Source of the DNA: Epithemia pelagica | Lineage: Eukaryota > Protista > Bacillariophyta | Assembly (NCBI GenBank): GCA_946965045.2 | Contig: OX337240.1 | Location: forward strand, 620,001 to 684,000 | Reading direction: 5' to 3' | DNA length: 64,000 nt | Part shown: piece by piece, positions 10,227 to 22,149 of the stretch | Numbering within the stretch: position 1 is the first letter of the stretch | How the letters are laid out: the number at the start of each line of letters is the position of its first letter | Notes under the pieces: generated by a model | Seen by the model: the letters and a program-made list of their open reading frames with translations, nothing else | Database searches by the model: none | Told to the model about the DNA's origin: nothing | Translations under genes and position numbers: made by a program

Positions 10227-13200
10227 TTACGGTGGTGTTTTGAGGCGACCTGTCGTGGATCGTGTGCGTTTGGCTTGACTGTTGCCTTCGTTAGTAGCCT
10301 TCCTTTTTCCATCCTTGTGGGTGCTGGTATCATTTGTTGTGATACCTGATCCAGGCGTTTTTCTCGACTCGGGTGTTGTGTAATCGCTTGATCGTGCAGC
10401 TACTCCAGCTACTCCGGGAGGAATAATGCTTTGTGGCGTATCACCACTTCCTGACATTGCCTGCGCAACTGGACTGATGGTTGTGGCGGTTGATTCTACC
10501 CTGACCCCTGTCATCTGGTCTTTCAACGCAAGTAGTAAACCTTGGTCAGTGTCATCGTCGACGTCGACATCAAGAACTTCCACACCAATGTCTGGTTCAT
10601 TATCTTCCCCTTGCTCATCGTCATTAGTGATTGGAATGGTGACACACTGGATATCGTCGGCTTCCTTCACGGTATCATCACTTTCGGAGTAGAATTTCAT
10701 TAGACGGGATTCTGTTTTCTCCTCTGTTTTGTTCTCGGTTTTGTTCTCGTTCTCGGTTTCAGTCTCGGTACTTGTTGCTTCAATATTGCTACCTTGTTTG
10801 CGTTTGTTGTATTCTTTGAATTGGTACGTTGCCTTCTGAATGGCAATGGCCATTCGTAATTGTCGTCCCTGCTCGTCATCACCCTGCTTCTCATCACGAA
10901 CTCCCACTCCTCTTTCGGAAGTCACAGAAGCCTGTTTCTTTTCAGCAAATGGAGTTTCGACTGGCGTCTCGGTGGTACTCTCACGATCACCTCCGCTGTC
11001 TGTCTCGTTCATCACTGGCAGGGCAATTGCCGAGGTAGCCTGGTTATGTGCTAGTTCTTGTCCGTCTGGTTGTACTTCGGTTTGTTCACCACCATCATGT
11101 ACCTCCATAGCCTGTTCTGTGTCATCTACATCCTTGAGTTGCTTCTGGATTTCTGCTTCTCGTTCCAATATTATCTTCTGAAGAGGATGAGTCAACTTCT
11201 CAAGCGTCCTCATCTCGTTATGTTTTTCGTACATGTTCTTCATCAATTTGTTTTGATGATACCATGTACTAGCCGAGAAAACCCATTCTTGAAAGGCATT
11301 CGTTGGTGGTTTGGTTAACCATATCAGCGCCGAGGGGAACATAAACGGATATTCAGAGCTATGGTCCCTCCACCACTTCATCACATCGAAATAACGGGCA
11401 ACACCCAGGTAGTAGTTGTTCTTACAGTTGTCCTTGAACTCTGCCCATTGTGATTGCGACCACTTCTTCGAATCCTCTTTGAAATCGTCGGTCGAGTATT
11501 TCTTTATCACTACCTCCCACCTGTGATCTATCATTAGCTCGCACATTTTCTTGAAACTGTCCCAGCACTCTTTGCAAGAATCGCGGAGCTCGCCAATTAT
11601 CTTTGCTTCCGATGCAGCATTGTTTGCAGCTCCAGTGATTCCCAATAGATCTTGTTGTTTCTTTTCGCAAGCTTCTCGTATGGCAGCAAAGGCACTGGCT
11701 AACTTAGACTTCTTCTTTTTCTTCGTTGTCGTACCTGGAGCATTGTTGCTGTCGGCATTGTTGCTTTCGGTACCGTCTGTTGTCGTCGATTCCTGGGCTT
11801 GTTGTGCAAAAGCGGCACCAAGTCGAGACACTTTTCTATTCGAGAACTTGGTTACCATGTCTTCTACAAACATGGTTTTCACACGAGCAATGTCGTCGTC
11901 GTCGTACGCATTCAATTTCTTGAATAGTTGTTCGAAGATGTTGGCAAGCAAGGGGTTGCAACACATGGCCTTTTCAGCATCTTCGTCTTTTTCTTCGAAC
12001 ACGTAGGTTTGGTATTCCTTCACTACACGACGAATCAGTTTTTGGCTCGAGGGATGCAAATCATCAAAGGCTATCGGATCTCGACTTTCCTCCAAGTCGT
12101 CAATGGTTTTGGTAGCGTCCCATTTCGCCACTGTCTTGTCTGCCGTTTCAGTAACGGGCAAGCATTCAATTTCATCAAATTCCATCTCCATGGCCACGTG
12201 TCGGGCACTATATAATTCGAGAAGAGAAGCAGATGACGAACCTGGAGCATCAATCTGCAAGGATAAAGACACAGCTTTCAAGGGAGCAAGAATTCCTTCA
12301 AACTGTGAAAGCAATTGCCAAACCTGCTGGCTGGGGTAACGACGTTTGAAGTCAGGGTTGCCACCAATTGTGCGAGCGGCGTAGTCGTCCATGATCCATT
12401 TGTTACGTAGGAGACCAATTATCAGTAAAATACAGCCTGATACTCTGGTCTCATTGGGCAGTGGTATCATCATTACAACTGCCCCAATGCTTTCGGCAAA
12501 TTCTTTTAGTTTCTCGAATCGTTGAGGTGCCCGACTTGACATCAGCCATGCAGCGAAGTTCTTTGCGATGGAATAGGCCTCCACAAATTCAGGATTAGCG
12601 TCGATTACAACTTTGCTCCTGGTACGTTGAACTAAGCCTGTAGCGTGTTTTAAGATTAGTTCCGCCTTGTGCATGTCGCACTTGCCTTTGCCTCCACTAC
12701 CACCATGGCGCCGAGTACCAACAATATACTTTCCGGCAAGAACGGCCGACGCTGTGTTGTCGTTCACAGGTGCACATAAGTCGGTTTGTGAAAAGCCAAC
12801 TTGGTTTAGCAAGGCATGTGTGAGCTTGGCCACGTCGGCCGCAGAGTGTCCTTGGATTTCAGCAAGCCCAATTGGGATCCTATAAACTTCACAGTTGCGA
12901 GGGTCAGAAAACATTAACGTAACCCCGAGTACATCGCTTCGGGGGCCATTCCAAATGTCATGGCAGATTGTCCCAAACGGGATGTTCCGTTTGCATAGAT
13001 TGCGATAGGCATCCCGAACATTGTTTCCCAGTTCGGTGATGACGTAGAGGAATTCCTCGTAGGAATTTAGGCGCAATTTTGTGATCTCACGACGGCTCAT
13101 ATTCTCGGCTTTGGAGTCTTTCAATTGAAGACCATGTGATGTAGCAAATTTTAATAACGATCGAAATTCTGGTTTTTCAACAGTCGATGCCGGTAGGCAG

Positions 13201-14012
13201 CAATCGTTGACGAACTCGTAGATAAGTCGGCAAAATTCAGTCCGGATACCAGCCCAAGTGACAACTTGGCTTGTTGCAAACTGTCCAAGAGTAGCCTGAT
13301 TGTCCTGCTTGTCATCGTCAAATGAGATGTCTTGGTGACTCCCAGTTACATGTTGCGATATGTTTGATGTTTTGCCGGAACAGCCAATGATGGATTTGGC
13401 TAGAGGCACAGACGGATCGTTGAAACAAACTGGGCAGATGACACAGTATCGACAAACATGTTCATATTTCACAAACTTCTTGGGTATCGGCTTCTTCTTA
13501 GCAGGTTTCTTCTTGGGCCACAGTTTGTTTATGACAACGTATTCGTAAGCTTCAAACAGATTGATTACACCTTCATACATGGAATAATCACGCTTTTCAT
13601 CAACGGTTTCTTCAAAGAACTGGTCGAATTTTGCCCAGTCAATATGGATTGCCCATTTCCAAAGAGCTGTGGGGTTGTGGCCGAAAAGTTCAGGCAATGG
13701 CGAAGAAAGGAGGGGGACTAGGTCTTTTTCTTGTTTAATCAGAGAGTGGAACGCTCTTATTTCGTTGGATGATTCGGGGTTCACTGCTGCTTCGTTGTTT
13801 GGAGGTTTCTTCGACGACCGGCTCAAAGATTTCTTCTTGAAACCAGGAGCCATGCTGGAAGGAATAGAGGTGCAGGGGGGATGGTGCTGAAATGAGAGGC
13901 GTCTGGCTGTTCCGACTGTGAGAAAAACCAACGAGGACTGCTGTGTTGAAGCAAAGATACCATGACGGTCATTCATAATATGTGCCTTGGGCTTGGGTAT
14001 GGTGTAGGTCAT
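10227..14012 (-). CDS. hAT transposase (up to 1261 aa; alternative start 13853)
   Basis: BED-like finger CPVC...SNISQHVTGSH. DDE motifs CHDIWN, VNDNT and FQEWVFS. CxxH motif (CDMH) and NETRV. Long acidic C-terminal tail. Confidence 0.93.
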   Translation of the reverse strand: MTYTIPKPKAHIMNDRHGIFASTQQSSLVFLTVGTARRLSFQHHPPCTSIPSSMAPGFKKKSLSRSSKKPPNNEAAVNPESSNEIRAFHSLIKQEKDLVPLLSSPLPELFGHNPTALWKWAIHIDWAKFDQFFEETVDEKRDYSMYEGVINLFEAYEYVVINKLWPKKKPAKKKPIPKKFVKYEHVCRYCVICPVCFNDPSVPLAKSIIGCSGKTSNISQHVTGSHQDISFDDDKQDNQATLGQFATSQVVTWAGIRTEFCRLIYEFVNDCCLPASTVEKPEFRSLLKFATSHGLQLKDSKAENMSRREITKLRLNSYEEFLYVITELGNNVRDAYRNLCKRNIPFGTICHDIWNGPRSDVLGVTLMFSDPRNCEVYRIPIGLAEIQGHSAADVAKLTHALLNQVGFSQTDLCAPVNDNTASAVLAGKYIVGTRRHGGSGGKGKCDMHKAELILKHATGLVQRTRSKVVIDANPEFVEAYSIAKNFAAWLMSSRAPQRFEKLKEFAESIGAVVMMIPLPNETRVSGCILLIIGLLRNKWIMDDYAARTIGGNPDFKRRYPSQQVWQLLSQFEGILAPLKAVSLSLQIDAPGSSSASLLELYSARHVAMEMEFDEIECLPVTETADKTVAKWDATKTIDDLEESRDPIAFDDLHPSSQKLIRRVVKEYQTYVFEEKDEDAEKAMCCNPLLANIFEQLFKKLNAYDDDDIARVKTMFVEDMVTKFSNRKVSRLGAAFAQQAQESTTTDGTESNNADSNNAPGTTTKKKKKSKLASAFAAIREACEKKQQDLLGITGAANNAASEAKIIGELRDSCKECWDSFKKMCELMIDHRWEVVIKKYSTDDFKEDSKKWSQSQWAEFKDNCKNNYYLGVARYFDVMKWWRDHSSEYPFMFPSALIWLTKPPTNAFQEWVFSASTWYHQNKLMKNMYEKHNEMRTLEKLTHPLQKIILEREAEIQKQLKDVDDTEQAMEVHDGGEQTEVQPDGQELAHNQATSAIALPVMNETDSGGDRESTTETPVETPFAEKKQASVTSERGVGVRDEKQGDDEQGRQLRMAIAIQKATYQFKEYNKRKQGSNIEATSTETETENENKTENKTEEKTESRLMKFYSESDDTVKEADDIQCVTIPITNDDEQGEDNEPDIGVEVLDVDVDDDTDQGLLLALKDQMTGVRVESTATTISPVAQAMSGSGDTPQSIIPPGVAGVAARSSDYTTPESRKTPGSGITTNDTSTHKDGKRKATNEGNSQAKRTRSTTGRLKTPP

Positions 14013-14099
14013 GAGTTGATTGTTGTTTGTTTTGTCTGTTTCTGAGAGTTTCGTATGAAGAAGGTGCAGTGATTAGTGTATGTGTACATACACAGGAGA

Positions 14100-15056
14100 A
14101 TGGAATGACTGACTTAGGGAGTTCTGGGTAGTGACTTCAGATAATGACTTCAAGTAAGATACTTTGGGCCTAGTGCGAAGTGAATTGGGAATGACAAGTC
14201 TCACGAATCAAATGGTTGGGAATGACTTGTGGAATTAAAGTAAGTGGAATAGGGAATGAGACTTGACTTGGAGAATTTAATGCGTATTCCCCAATGGGTT
14301 AGAATTGACTAGGGAATATACATTCAGTATATCATGTCGTGGTGAATGGAATGGAATTGCCGAAAATTATTTGTAAAATCAAGTCAAAGTCAGTAATGAC
14401 TTGTGACTTAGTGACTTATGACTTCACAACCCTATTCTCTATTCTGTAGTACAAAACTAACATCTATGGCATTGTACGTGACTTTGTGATTTACTTTCAC
14501 CGACTATCCAGTCATTCAGTCAAATACTCATTTTCTCCCCTATTTACTTTCAGTCTCCCAGTCAATCACCGACATATTTCCATACTGACTATAGTCATCT
14601 AAGTCAGTCACACCTCATTCCAGGTCCATACTTTTGGTCTCCAAGTAAGTCCCTTCTATATTCGCCACTGTATTATTAGTACCTAAGTCAATCACCTCAT
14701 TGTCCTTCGAATGACTTGCCAATTCAACACTAAATTCCCCCCCAAAACGAACTAAATTAGCAATATCTCTTCACTAAGTCAATGACTAAAGGGGAAAATT
14801 ACATGAATTCGCTAAGTCTTCAGTAAGTCAGGTCAGTAAGAGAGTTGTGACTATAGTACTCTAGTAGAGAAAGCTTCAATATGGTGGGGGACTATAGTCG
14901 CTTAGTCAGGTACTTATCAGGTGGAGAGATGACTACAAGTAATTCAGTAAGTCAGTTGCGTGATGTGTTAGTTACTGCATAGTATCTAGTAAACTAGCTA
15001 CTAGATATTTTCCTGACTACTAGTCAGCTAGTCATGAAGAATTCAATATGTCATTA
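14100..15056. repeat. hAT subterminal region with dense GACT/AGTC motifs (also 7920-8180)
   Basis: Dozens of (T)GACT(T)/AGTCA words in both orientations, typical of hAT transposase-binding subterminal arrays. Confidence 0.75.
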
Positions 15057-15069
15057 CTACACAACCCTG

Positions 15070-15468
15070 ATCCCAAACCACTTTCTCGTCCATGAAAACT
15101 TGCTCGCGAACGCACTGGGACAATGTCGCTCGTACTGTTATCTTCATACTAGCTAGTCCGGGATCCCAAAAAATTCGATACCGACAAACGATAAACAATT
15201 ATGAAAGAGTGAGTACAATAATAGTCTAGAGTACTCAGTGAAAAAGTGAAAGTGGGCACAAAAAATAATAATCTCTTTAGAGACGACCCGCCAGCACACG
15301 ACAACACAACAAGGATATCTTGTTTGTGTTTTGCGTCTTGTGATTCCTTTCAGTGTTGTTGGTATCTCTTTCTCTCTTGATCCTCCATGGACCAACCCAT
15401 TTCGGCGCACCACCACAGTATGAATATTAGCACCATGGAATCGGTGAACATGGCACCACCACCAGTCA
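15070..15468 (+). repeat. Duplicated promoter plus first 27 codons of the gene at 20846
   Basis: Closely similar to 20530-20927 through ATGGACCAACCC...CCACCAGTCA, then diverges abruptly. Confidence 0.95.
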
Positions 15469-18305
15469 GTAGCATTTCCTTCTCATCGATTCGAAGGAGT
15501 CCTTTTGTAGAGCGTCACATCACAATGACATCCAGCAACTGCAACAAAACGAGTTGTTGTACCCCAAAGGACAAAGATGCCGGGTCTCTTCGAACCTCTT
15601 CGACCTGCGCTTCGGCTTCGTCGCCGGTGGTTTCCATTGTGAGCAACGAGAGTCGTGGTGTCTCGTTTGGAAGATTTACCTTTTTGGGCTTTCTCGTGGC
15701 CGTGGCGGGTCTCTTGGGATGGTTGGGCTTCTTTTTGTTGGCCAACGCCGAACAAAATTTGGTCAATGAACAGTACTACGTCATGACCGCCCGGGCGCTG
15801 GAGACTGTGAGGAGTGTGGCAGTACGTAGAGGACGAGTTGGGCCGTTGGAACATGCGTAGTAACGTGCTGTGTGCCTCATTTTGAACTTTTTTCTCCTCT
15901 CAATAGAAATACAAGCTACAATATGGTACTCGCACCATGGCGGAAGTAGCTGCCTATACGTTCCCCGACGCTGAACAATGGCCCTATGTTTGGATCGATG
16001 GGTACTGGAAGATTGTTGAAAATGTGCTTCCCACATCCTTAAACACGGGAATGAATCTAGCACCCTTGGTAGACCCTGCCAAGGTCAATGTTTCGCAATT
16101 TGAAGACTTTGTGTATGGAAAATTTGCCGAGGTATTTCCGGAACATCCGTTGATGGGCGCCCGAAGTCATTTCGGAAAAGGAATCTGGGGTACGCAACCT
16201 TTCGTGTTGTTTCTTTGCAGATCAAACTTTCCGTTCACTCACGTCGTCTTTCCTCACTTGATTTTCTAGCCATTGACCCTTCGATTGGGACACAAGACAA
16301 TCGTTATCACGACACTACGGGAGTGTCCATCCATGGAAGCGATCGTGTGTTGCTCGCACCAAAGGTCCAGGGTTCATGGATTGGTGTCATTGACTCCGAG
16401 TGGGTCATGATGAATGTACACGGCTTCAACAATCAAGGAAAAGCTGTCGATTACGTCATGGATTGTGTCGAGGAGCGAGCCCTAGCTGACGACCCGGACT
16501 CTATCAATTGCCAGGCGGTTAGTCCGATGGAGCCGTCCAAGCCTCCAGCCGAGCATTTGGGCATGTTTGGGTTCGTGGCGACTCCCATCTACCCCGCAAA
16601 TGACCCAACCACGTGCGTTGGATTCATTTTTGGACTCGTGTACTTTTCCGAGCTCTTGGAGGAAATGTATCCTGGAGATTACGAGGGCATTGACTGCGTA
16701 TTCACCAGCAGTAGTGAGCAAACCTTCACATACTCGTTGCAGAACGGATCTGGCGTATTCCGGGGACAAGGTGATTTGCACAATGACAAGTACGATGAAT
16801 TCAAAATGGAGACAGACTTGTTCGAACCCAATACCATGTCTAAGAAATCTGTGCAATACCACTGCGCTTGCTATCCGAATGATGACTTTGGTGAGATATA
16901 TGCGACCAAAGCACCCGCCATTGCCGCCGCTGGGGCAGTGTTGATTATCTTCTTTGTTTCGGCGCTTTTCTTTTTATACGACAGATGCGTCCGCAAAGAA
17001 TTCAATGCTCGCAAAGAGCTGCTGGAAGCAAAGCGCAAATTCGTACGTTTTGTGAGCCACGAAGTGAGGACTCCCCTCAACTCTGTCGCGATGGGATTGA
17101 AGCTGATGCAGGATGAAATGAAAAAGAATAAGGGAGCCACAACGTGCAATAATAACGGCGAGTCTTGGGTTGATTTGGTCGACGAAATCCAAAACAACAC
17201 ACAGTGTGCCGTTGACGTGCTTACAGATTTATTGAATTACGACAAGATTGAAAACGGCAGAGGTCTCACGTTAGAGCTAACCGTCATTCCAATCTGGAGT
17301 CTGATTGAGAAAACGGTACAGGAGTTCAAGCTGCCACTGGCCTCCAAAGGCATTACGCTGCACTTTGCGCTGCCCATGACGCAAAAGCCGGAAGCGGTCC
17401 ATCAAAAGGTTGTGGGCGATCGCGTGCGACTGGCGCAAGTGCTGCGCAACCTCATGAGTAACGCTTGCAAGTTCACTCCCAATGGAGGCGACATTACGGT
17501 GGAGGTCCAGTGGGAGGAGTTGCCGCAGCACACAGCATCGACGCCACGCGAGTTTGTGGTAAAGGGAAATGAAACGGTCACGGGCAAGTCCTCGGGTGAA
17601 CTCGTTTTAACCGTCCAAGATACAGGCGCGGGTATGACGCGAGAGCAATTGAAGAAGCTGTTTGGCCAGGGAGTCCAATTCAATGTCAATGACCTTCAGC
17701 ACGGCAATGGGTCGGGACTAGGACTGTACATTACCAAGAGTATTGTAGAAAGCCACAACGGCCGGCTGACCTGTGATTCGGCCGGTATTGGTTTGGGTAC
17801 AACGTTTACCATGACGCTTCCTTTGTACAACTTTCCCCAAAGCAAGCTCGATATTGAATTGGGACAAGGGCCCAGCGTCGAGAAAAATCTGTCCTATGTC
17901 GATTGGAAACTTCGCATCTTGGTGGTCGATGACGTTCTCACGAATCGCAAGTTCCTCGCCCGGCTTTTGTCCAACAAGGGCCACACGGTCGAACAGGCCG
18001 AGGATGGCGACATTGCCGTAACCAAAGTCCAAGAGGCGGAGCAAGCAGGCAGGCCCTTTGACCTCGTCCTGATGGACTACGAAATGCCGACCATGAACGG
18101 ACCAACGGCTTCCAAACTTATACGGCAAAATGGCTCTGACGTCTACATTGCAGGTGTGACAGGCAACCTCATGCCCGAAGATGTCGAGTACTTTCAGGCT
18201 TGTGGAGCTGGCGTTGTTCTCTCCAAGCCCTTGAAGATTAGCGATGTAGAAGACTTGATTGTTGAACAAAACATCACGGGGCGCACTTGCGAGAATAGTA
18301 CATGA
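15387..18305 (+). CDS. Membrane-bound hybrid sensor histidine kinase (TM-sensor-TM-HisKA-HATPase-REC); join(15387..15821,15907..16189,16270..18305), 917 aa
   Basis: H-box FVSHEVRTPLN, N-box NLMSNACKFT, G1 DTGAG, G2 GSGLGL. Receiver motifs ILVVDD and LMDYEMP. Two GT-AG introns (85 and 80 nt) restore one frame. Confidence 0.93.
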
Positions 18306-18846
18306 ACAACAATGAGGCCTTGCGCGCTGGGGAGGGTTGTTTGGGAGTACATCAAGGCCGCATGTCACGCACGACTTTTACAGAACTCGCCCAAAGCCTT
18401 TTTCTCTGTCTTATGAGCCATTGGCGACTGCAATCAAACAGGAGGCATAATGTTGTAGGGGCAGGTGTCCATCGGACAAGCAACGGCAACAACAGGTCCT
18501 AAAACTCCGTCCTTGACCTTCGGTAAAGTAGCTGTTCATGTACCAGGACACTGCGAGACAAATTTAGAGTAGTAACCGCAATTTCTGGACGGGCAAAAGT
18601 GCACCAAAGTATAATACCACATCGTTCTATTTGTCAAGTCGCTCCGTCGCGAGCCGTTTCTCGTTCGGGTTATAAATGACACATCTTTTTTTCTCCCTGC
18701 AGCCGTGGGACGAATGGTTGTCGGATTCATCTGTTTTTATAGTGACATGGAGAATCACCACAGAGACATAGCTTGGACGTTGTAGTGTTGTTGGAGTAAA
18801 TGCTTTTCGTTCAAGGCCGTCTCTACTGGGAGTGTGGTTGGCCCGT

Positions 18847-20278
18847 TTAGGATTCCATTCGACCAAAGAGGGTTCGCTGAAGCATATTCAGGGTTTGCTT
18901 CCATGCCTTGTCGGCGGCTTGGGCTTGATAGGCAAAGGCCTCGTGAGGATTCCAGTCTTGTGCCGGATTGGTAAACCCATGACGAGCCTGGGACAATTGC
19001 AACAAGGAAGTGCGGGCATATCCCAAGTCTTGCAAGACGGTCAAGGCTTGTTCCAAGGACGATGCTGAAACAAAGGGATCCTCCACGCCATGACAAATCA
19101 AGACTTCGGCCATTTCATGAGGACGACGAATCAGATGCAGGTGCATCACGACAGCCATCAAACACACCATGAAAGGTTGCCATGGCGCGAACCGCGGGAA
19201 CTTGCAGTTTGGCGACTTGGAGGACGGCATGTCCCCCCAAACACCAGCCCAATACGGCCAGGGGACGACATTCCTGCAGTGTTGAGGATGATGATGATGA
19301 TTGGACCACGTCCAGAGCGGCTTGCACACGGTCCCGCAACCCTTGGCGATCACCTCCTAAAATATAATCGCGTTCTTGTGTGTATCGCGTACGATCGTCC
19401 GCATTCCAGGCCCATCCCGTCTCATCCGACAAGACATCGGCAATCAAAACCACCACGTCTTGTCGTTGTTCTTGTGCAACAGACGAGGACGGCTGTGCCA
19501 CAAATTCATGATTGACCAGGGCCGCCGCCTTGTACAAGAGAAACAAATCGAGAGGACCGGCTCCGGTATGAAAGAAAATGACAGCCGGTGTGGTGGTGCT
19601 CGTCGCCGAGACGGGAGACGTGTCGTCGTCACTGGAAGAAGATGGAGGACGACGAATCCGATGACCATACAGGGGTGTGGTGGTTGTCGTGCCATCATTG
19701 CTGGTCGTCGTATACGTATATTGACACTGACACCATTCGGCTTCCCACACGGTTTCGGAAGTGGCTTCTTCTTGTTTCCAGGCGTCCAAGACGGCTTGAG
19801 CGTAGGCGACATTTTTGGCCAATTGGGGTTGGCCGTCCTCTTCTTGTGGTTGACACAGTGTTTGTTCCAACAAACAGGGTGCCGCCACCAAGGATTCTGG
19901 ATTTAACGACGTCCACTCGGACAATTGAACGCTCGTCGTGATTGCAGCGTCGCCGTTGTTGTTGCTTTGCAGTGCCGAACGAGAGGAGGAAGAAGAAGTT
20001 GCCAAGGTACCACGAGACCCTGTTCGTGTTCGTCTTCTTCTTTTTTTACTTTCGCAGCTCACTGGGAGATGCACTGGACTCTTTGTGTCACACCACGAAT
20101 GGCCGCGATTCGGATGGTGGCTACGCACAAAAAAGGCCGAGTGGGGAACCAACCGCCAGGACGAGTCGGATCGAGTCGATGCAACCACAACAACAACAAC
20201 AACACTTGCCAACAACACTGCCTTTACCAATGCTACTACTGCAACAATCCCAGACGACGACAACGACAATACTCCCAT
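18847..20278 (-). CDS. Dienelactone hydrolase family protein with a frameshift near 19118
   Basis: Nucleophile elbow GWCLGG and TFHG lie in frame 19115-20278; ICHGVEDP and ARHGFTNP lie in the other frame (to 18847). Hydrophobic N-terminus. Confidence 0.82.
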
Positions 20279-20845
20279 GGTCTTCGTCGTTGGTGGGTGT
20301 CAACAGAGATGGATTGGAGAGTGATGGCTGCGGATGACGGATACTTGAACGCACCTACCTTGGTCATTGGTGCATCTTGCAGTTTGGGGTCCTGCGATCC
20401 ATTCCATTTTTCGGTCGCACAAACATCCCCAAAGTTGAGTCCCCTAATCCCACAATTTCTTGCAATGGCCCCTCGTTTCTCGTTTACGGCGCACGCGTCG
20501 TCCTACGTTGGGAGGGACTTTCTACGCGCATCCCAAACCACTTTCTCGTATATGAAAACTTGGTCGCGAACGCACTGGGACAATGTCGCTCGTACTGTTT
20601 GCATCATACTAGCTAGTCCGGGATCCCAAAAAAATTCGATACCGACAAACGATAAACGATTGTGTGATAGTGAGTAGTGAGTACATTAATAGTCTAGAGT
20701 ACTCAGTGAAAAAGTGAAAGTGGGCACAAAAAATAATAATCTCTTTAGAGACGACCCGCCGGCACACGACAACACAAGAAGGATATCTTGTTTGTGTCTT
20801 GCGTCTTGTGATTCCTTTCACTATCTCTTTCTCTCTTGATCCTCC

Positions 20846-22018
20846 ATGGACCAACCCATTTCGGCGCACCACCACAGTATGAATATTAGCACCATGGAAT
20901 CGGTGAACATGGCACCACCACCAGTCACGGACGCAGCAACCCCCACGTTTCCCTCTACCGCCTCTGATGCAGCCACGTATTATGGGTATCAAGAAGGCGT
21001 GGAAGGCTCGTCCATTGTGCATACGGGAGACACACCCAGTGTCGAACTGCCCTTTGGTGCCACAGTTAGCAACAGCAGCAGCAACAGTTTGAGTAGTCAT
21101 GCCATGACGGCCACCACGACCAGTACGACAACCTTTTTCATGACAGGCAGTAGCAGTAGTGGCAGCAGCTTTGGGGGTGGTGGCGGCGGTGTTCCTGGAT
21201 CACCCTTGCCGGCAGATCGCTTGGCTCGCAAACAACGGAATTTTCCACGACGAGGAGGCTTTTGTCATTCGGCCCTGCTCAAATCCGCCGTCATGGCCTG
21301 CATGTCCGAAGGCGATGCGACCAATCGCAACAACAATGGTGGTAGCAGTATCACGGCCAGTCCCGATACCAGTGCCGGTGGAGGAGGAGACTTGACGGCG
21401 GCCGATTTGTTGCAGTTGCAAATTCCCAGCAACAGTTTGAGTTCCTCCCCTCGCAAACGCATGCGACGATCCGATGGCGCCACGGTGATTCATCCTTCGG
21501 GAACTCCCCATGGAGGTGCATCAGCGGGAGGTGGAGGAGGATCCGAATTGTCCACAACGACCTCTACTGGTTCCTTGTGTACGACTCCTACCAAACCCAC
21601 CACCACCGCCGCCACCACGACGGCCAATATGATGATGACCACATCCTCGTCTCGAACGTCTCCGGCACCCTTGGTTGATGACGATGCCGTGATTGCCCGC
21701 GCAACGGATTTGTTGCAACGCTTGTGTGTCAAACCCTTGGATCATTCTGATGGAAGCAGTCGTCACTCGCGACGAACCATGAGTGGCAGTCGACATGGTG
21801 GAAGCAGCAGCACTAGCATTCACAACATGATGTTAATGAGCGGCACTGGCAGCAACAGCACGGGCAGTCCGAGCAACCACACTACTAACAATAATGGCCG
21901 AGATGCCGATTTTGAACGCAAGGCACCGGTCCGAAGAGTATCGCGAAGAACCTCGTATACCAGTCAAATATCCACGGGAACCGATTACGATGATTTGGAC
22001 GATGACGAATTTCATTAA
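20846..22018 (+). CDS. Ser/Thr/Gly-rich low-complexity hypothetical protein (390 aa)
   Basis: Long ORF divergent from the hydrolase gene; no recognisable domain. Confidence 0.7.
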   Translation: MDQPISAHHHSMNISTMESVNMAPPPVTDAATPTFPSTASDAATYYGYQEGVEGSSIVHTGDTPSVELPFGATVSNSSSNSLSSHAMTATTTSTTTFFMTGSSSSGSSFGGGGGGVPGSPLPADRLARKQRNFPRRGGFCHSALLKSAVMACMSEGDATNRNNNGGSSITASPDTSAGGGGDLTAADLLQLQIPSNSLSSSPRKRMRRSDGATVIHPSGTPHGGASAGGGGGSELSTTTSTGSLCTTPTKPTTTAATTTANMMMTTSSSRTSPAPLVDDDAVIARATDLLQRLCVKPLDHSDGSSRHSRRTMSGSRHGGSSSTSIHNMMLMSGTGSNSTGSPSNHTTNNNGRDADFERKAPVRRVSRRTSYTSQISTGTDYDDLDDDEFH

Positions 22019-22122
22019 CCGAGATCAAAACACAGGACAAGCCAAAACACGAAATGGCATTGAGGGAGAAACCAAACAAATTTACTCCGCGGTGGTAAAA
22101 ACACTGTACAAACCAAGGGACC

Positions 22123-22149
22123 AAGAAGAAGAAGAAGAAGAAGAAGAAG
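22123..22149 (+). repeat. (AAG)9 microsatellite
   Basis: Direct reading. Confidence 0.9.

Larger units (their letters stand above)
6491..15069 (-). mobile_element. hAT DNA transposon (8579 bp) with cargo genes
   Basis: Perfect 13-bp TIR CAGGGTTGTGTAG (6491-6503 / 15057-15069). 8-bp TSD ATCCCAAA (6483-6490 / 15070-15077). An uninterrupted paralogous empty site is present at 20530-20537. Encodes a hAT transposase. Confidence 0.97.

Noticed and set aside
15387-18305. Histidine kinase as bacterial contamination or recent HGT
   Set aside because: It has two spliceosomal GT-AG introns and lies among eukaryotic transposons.
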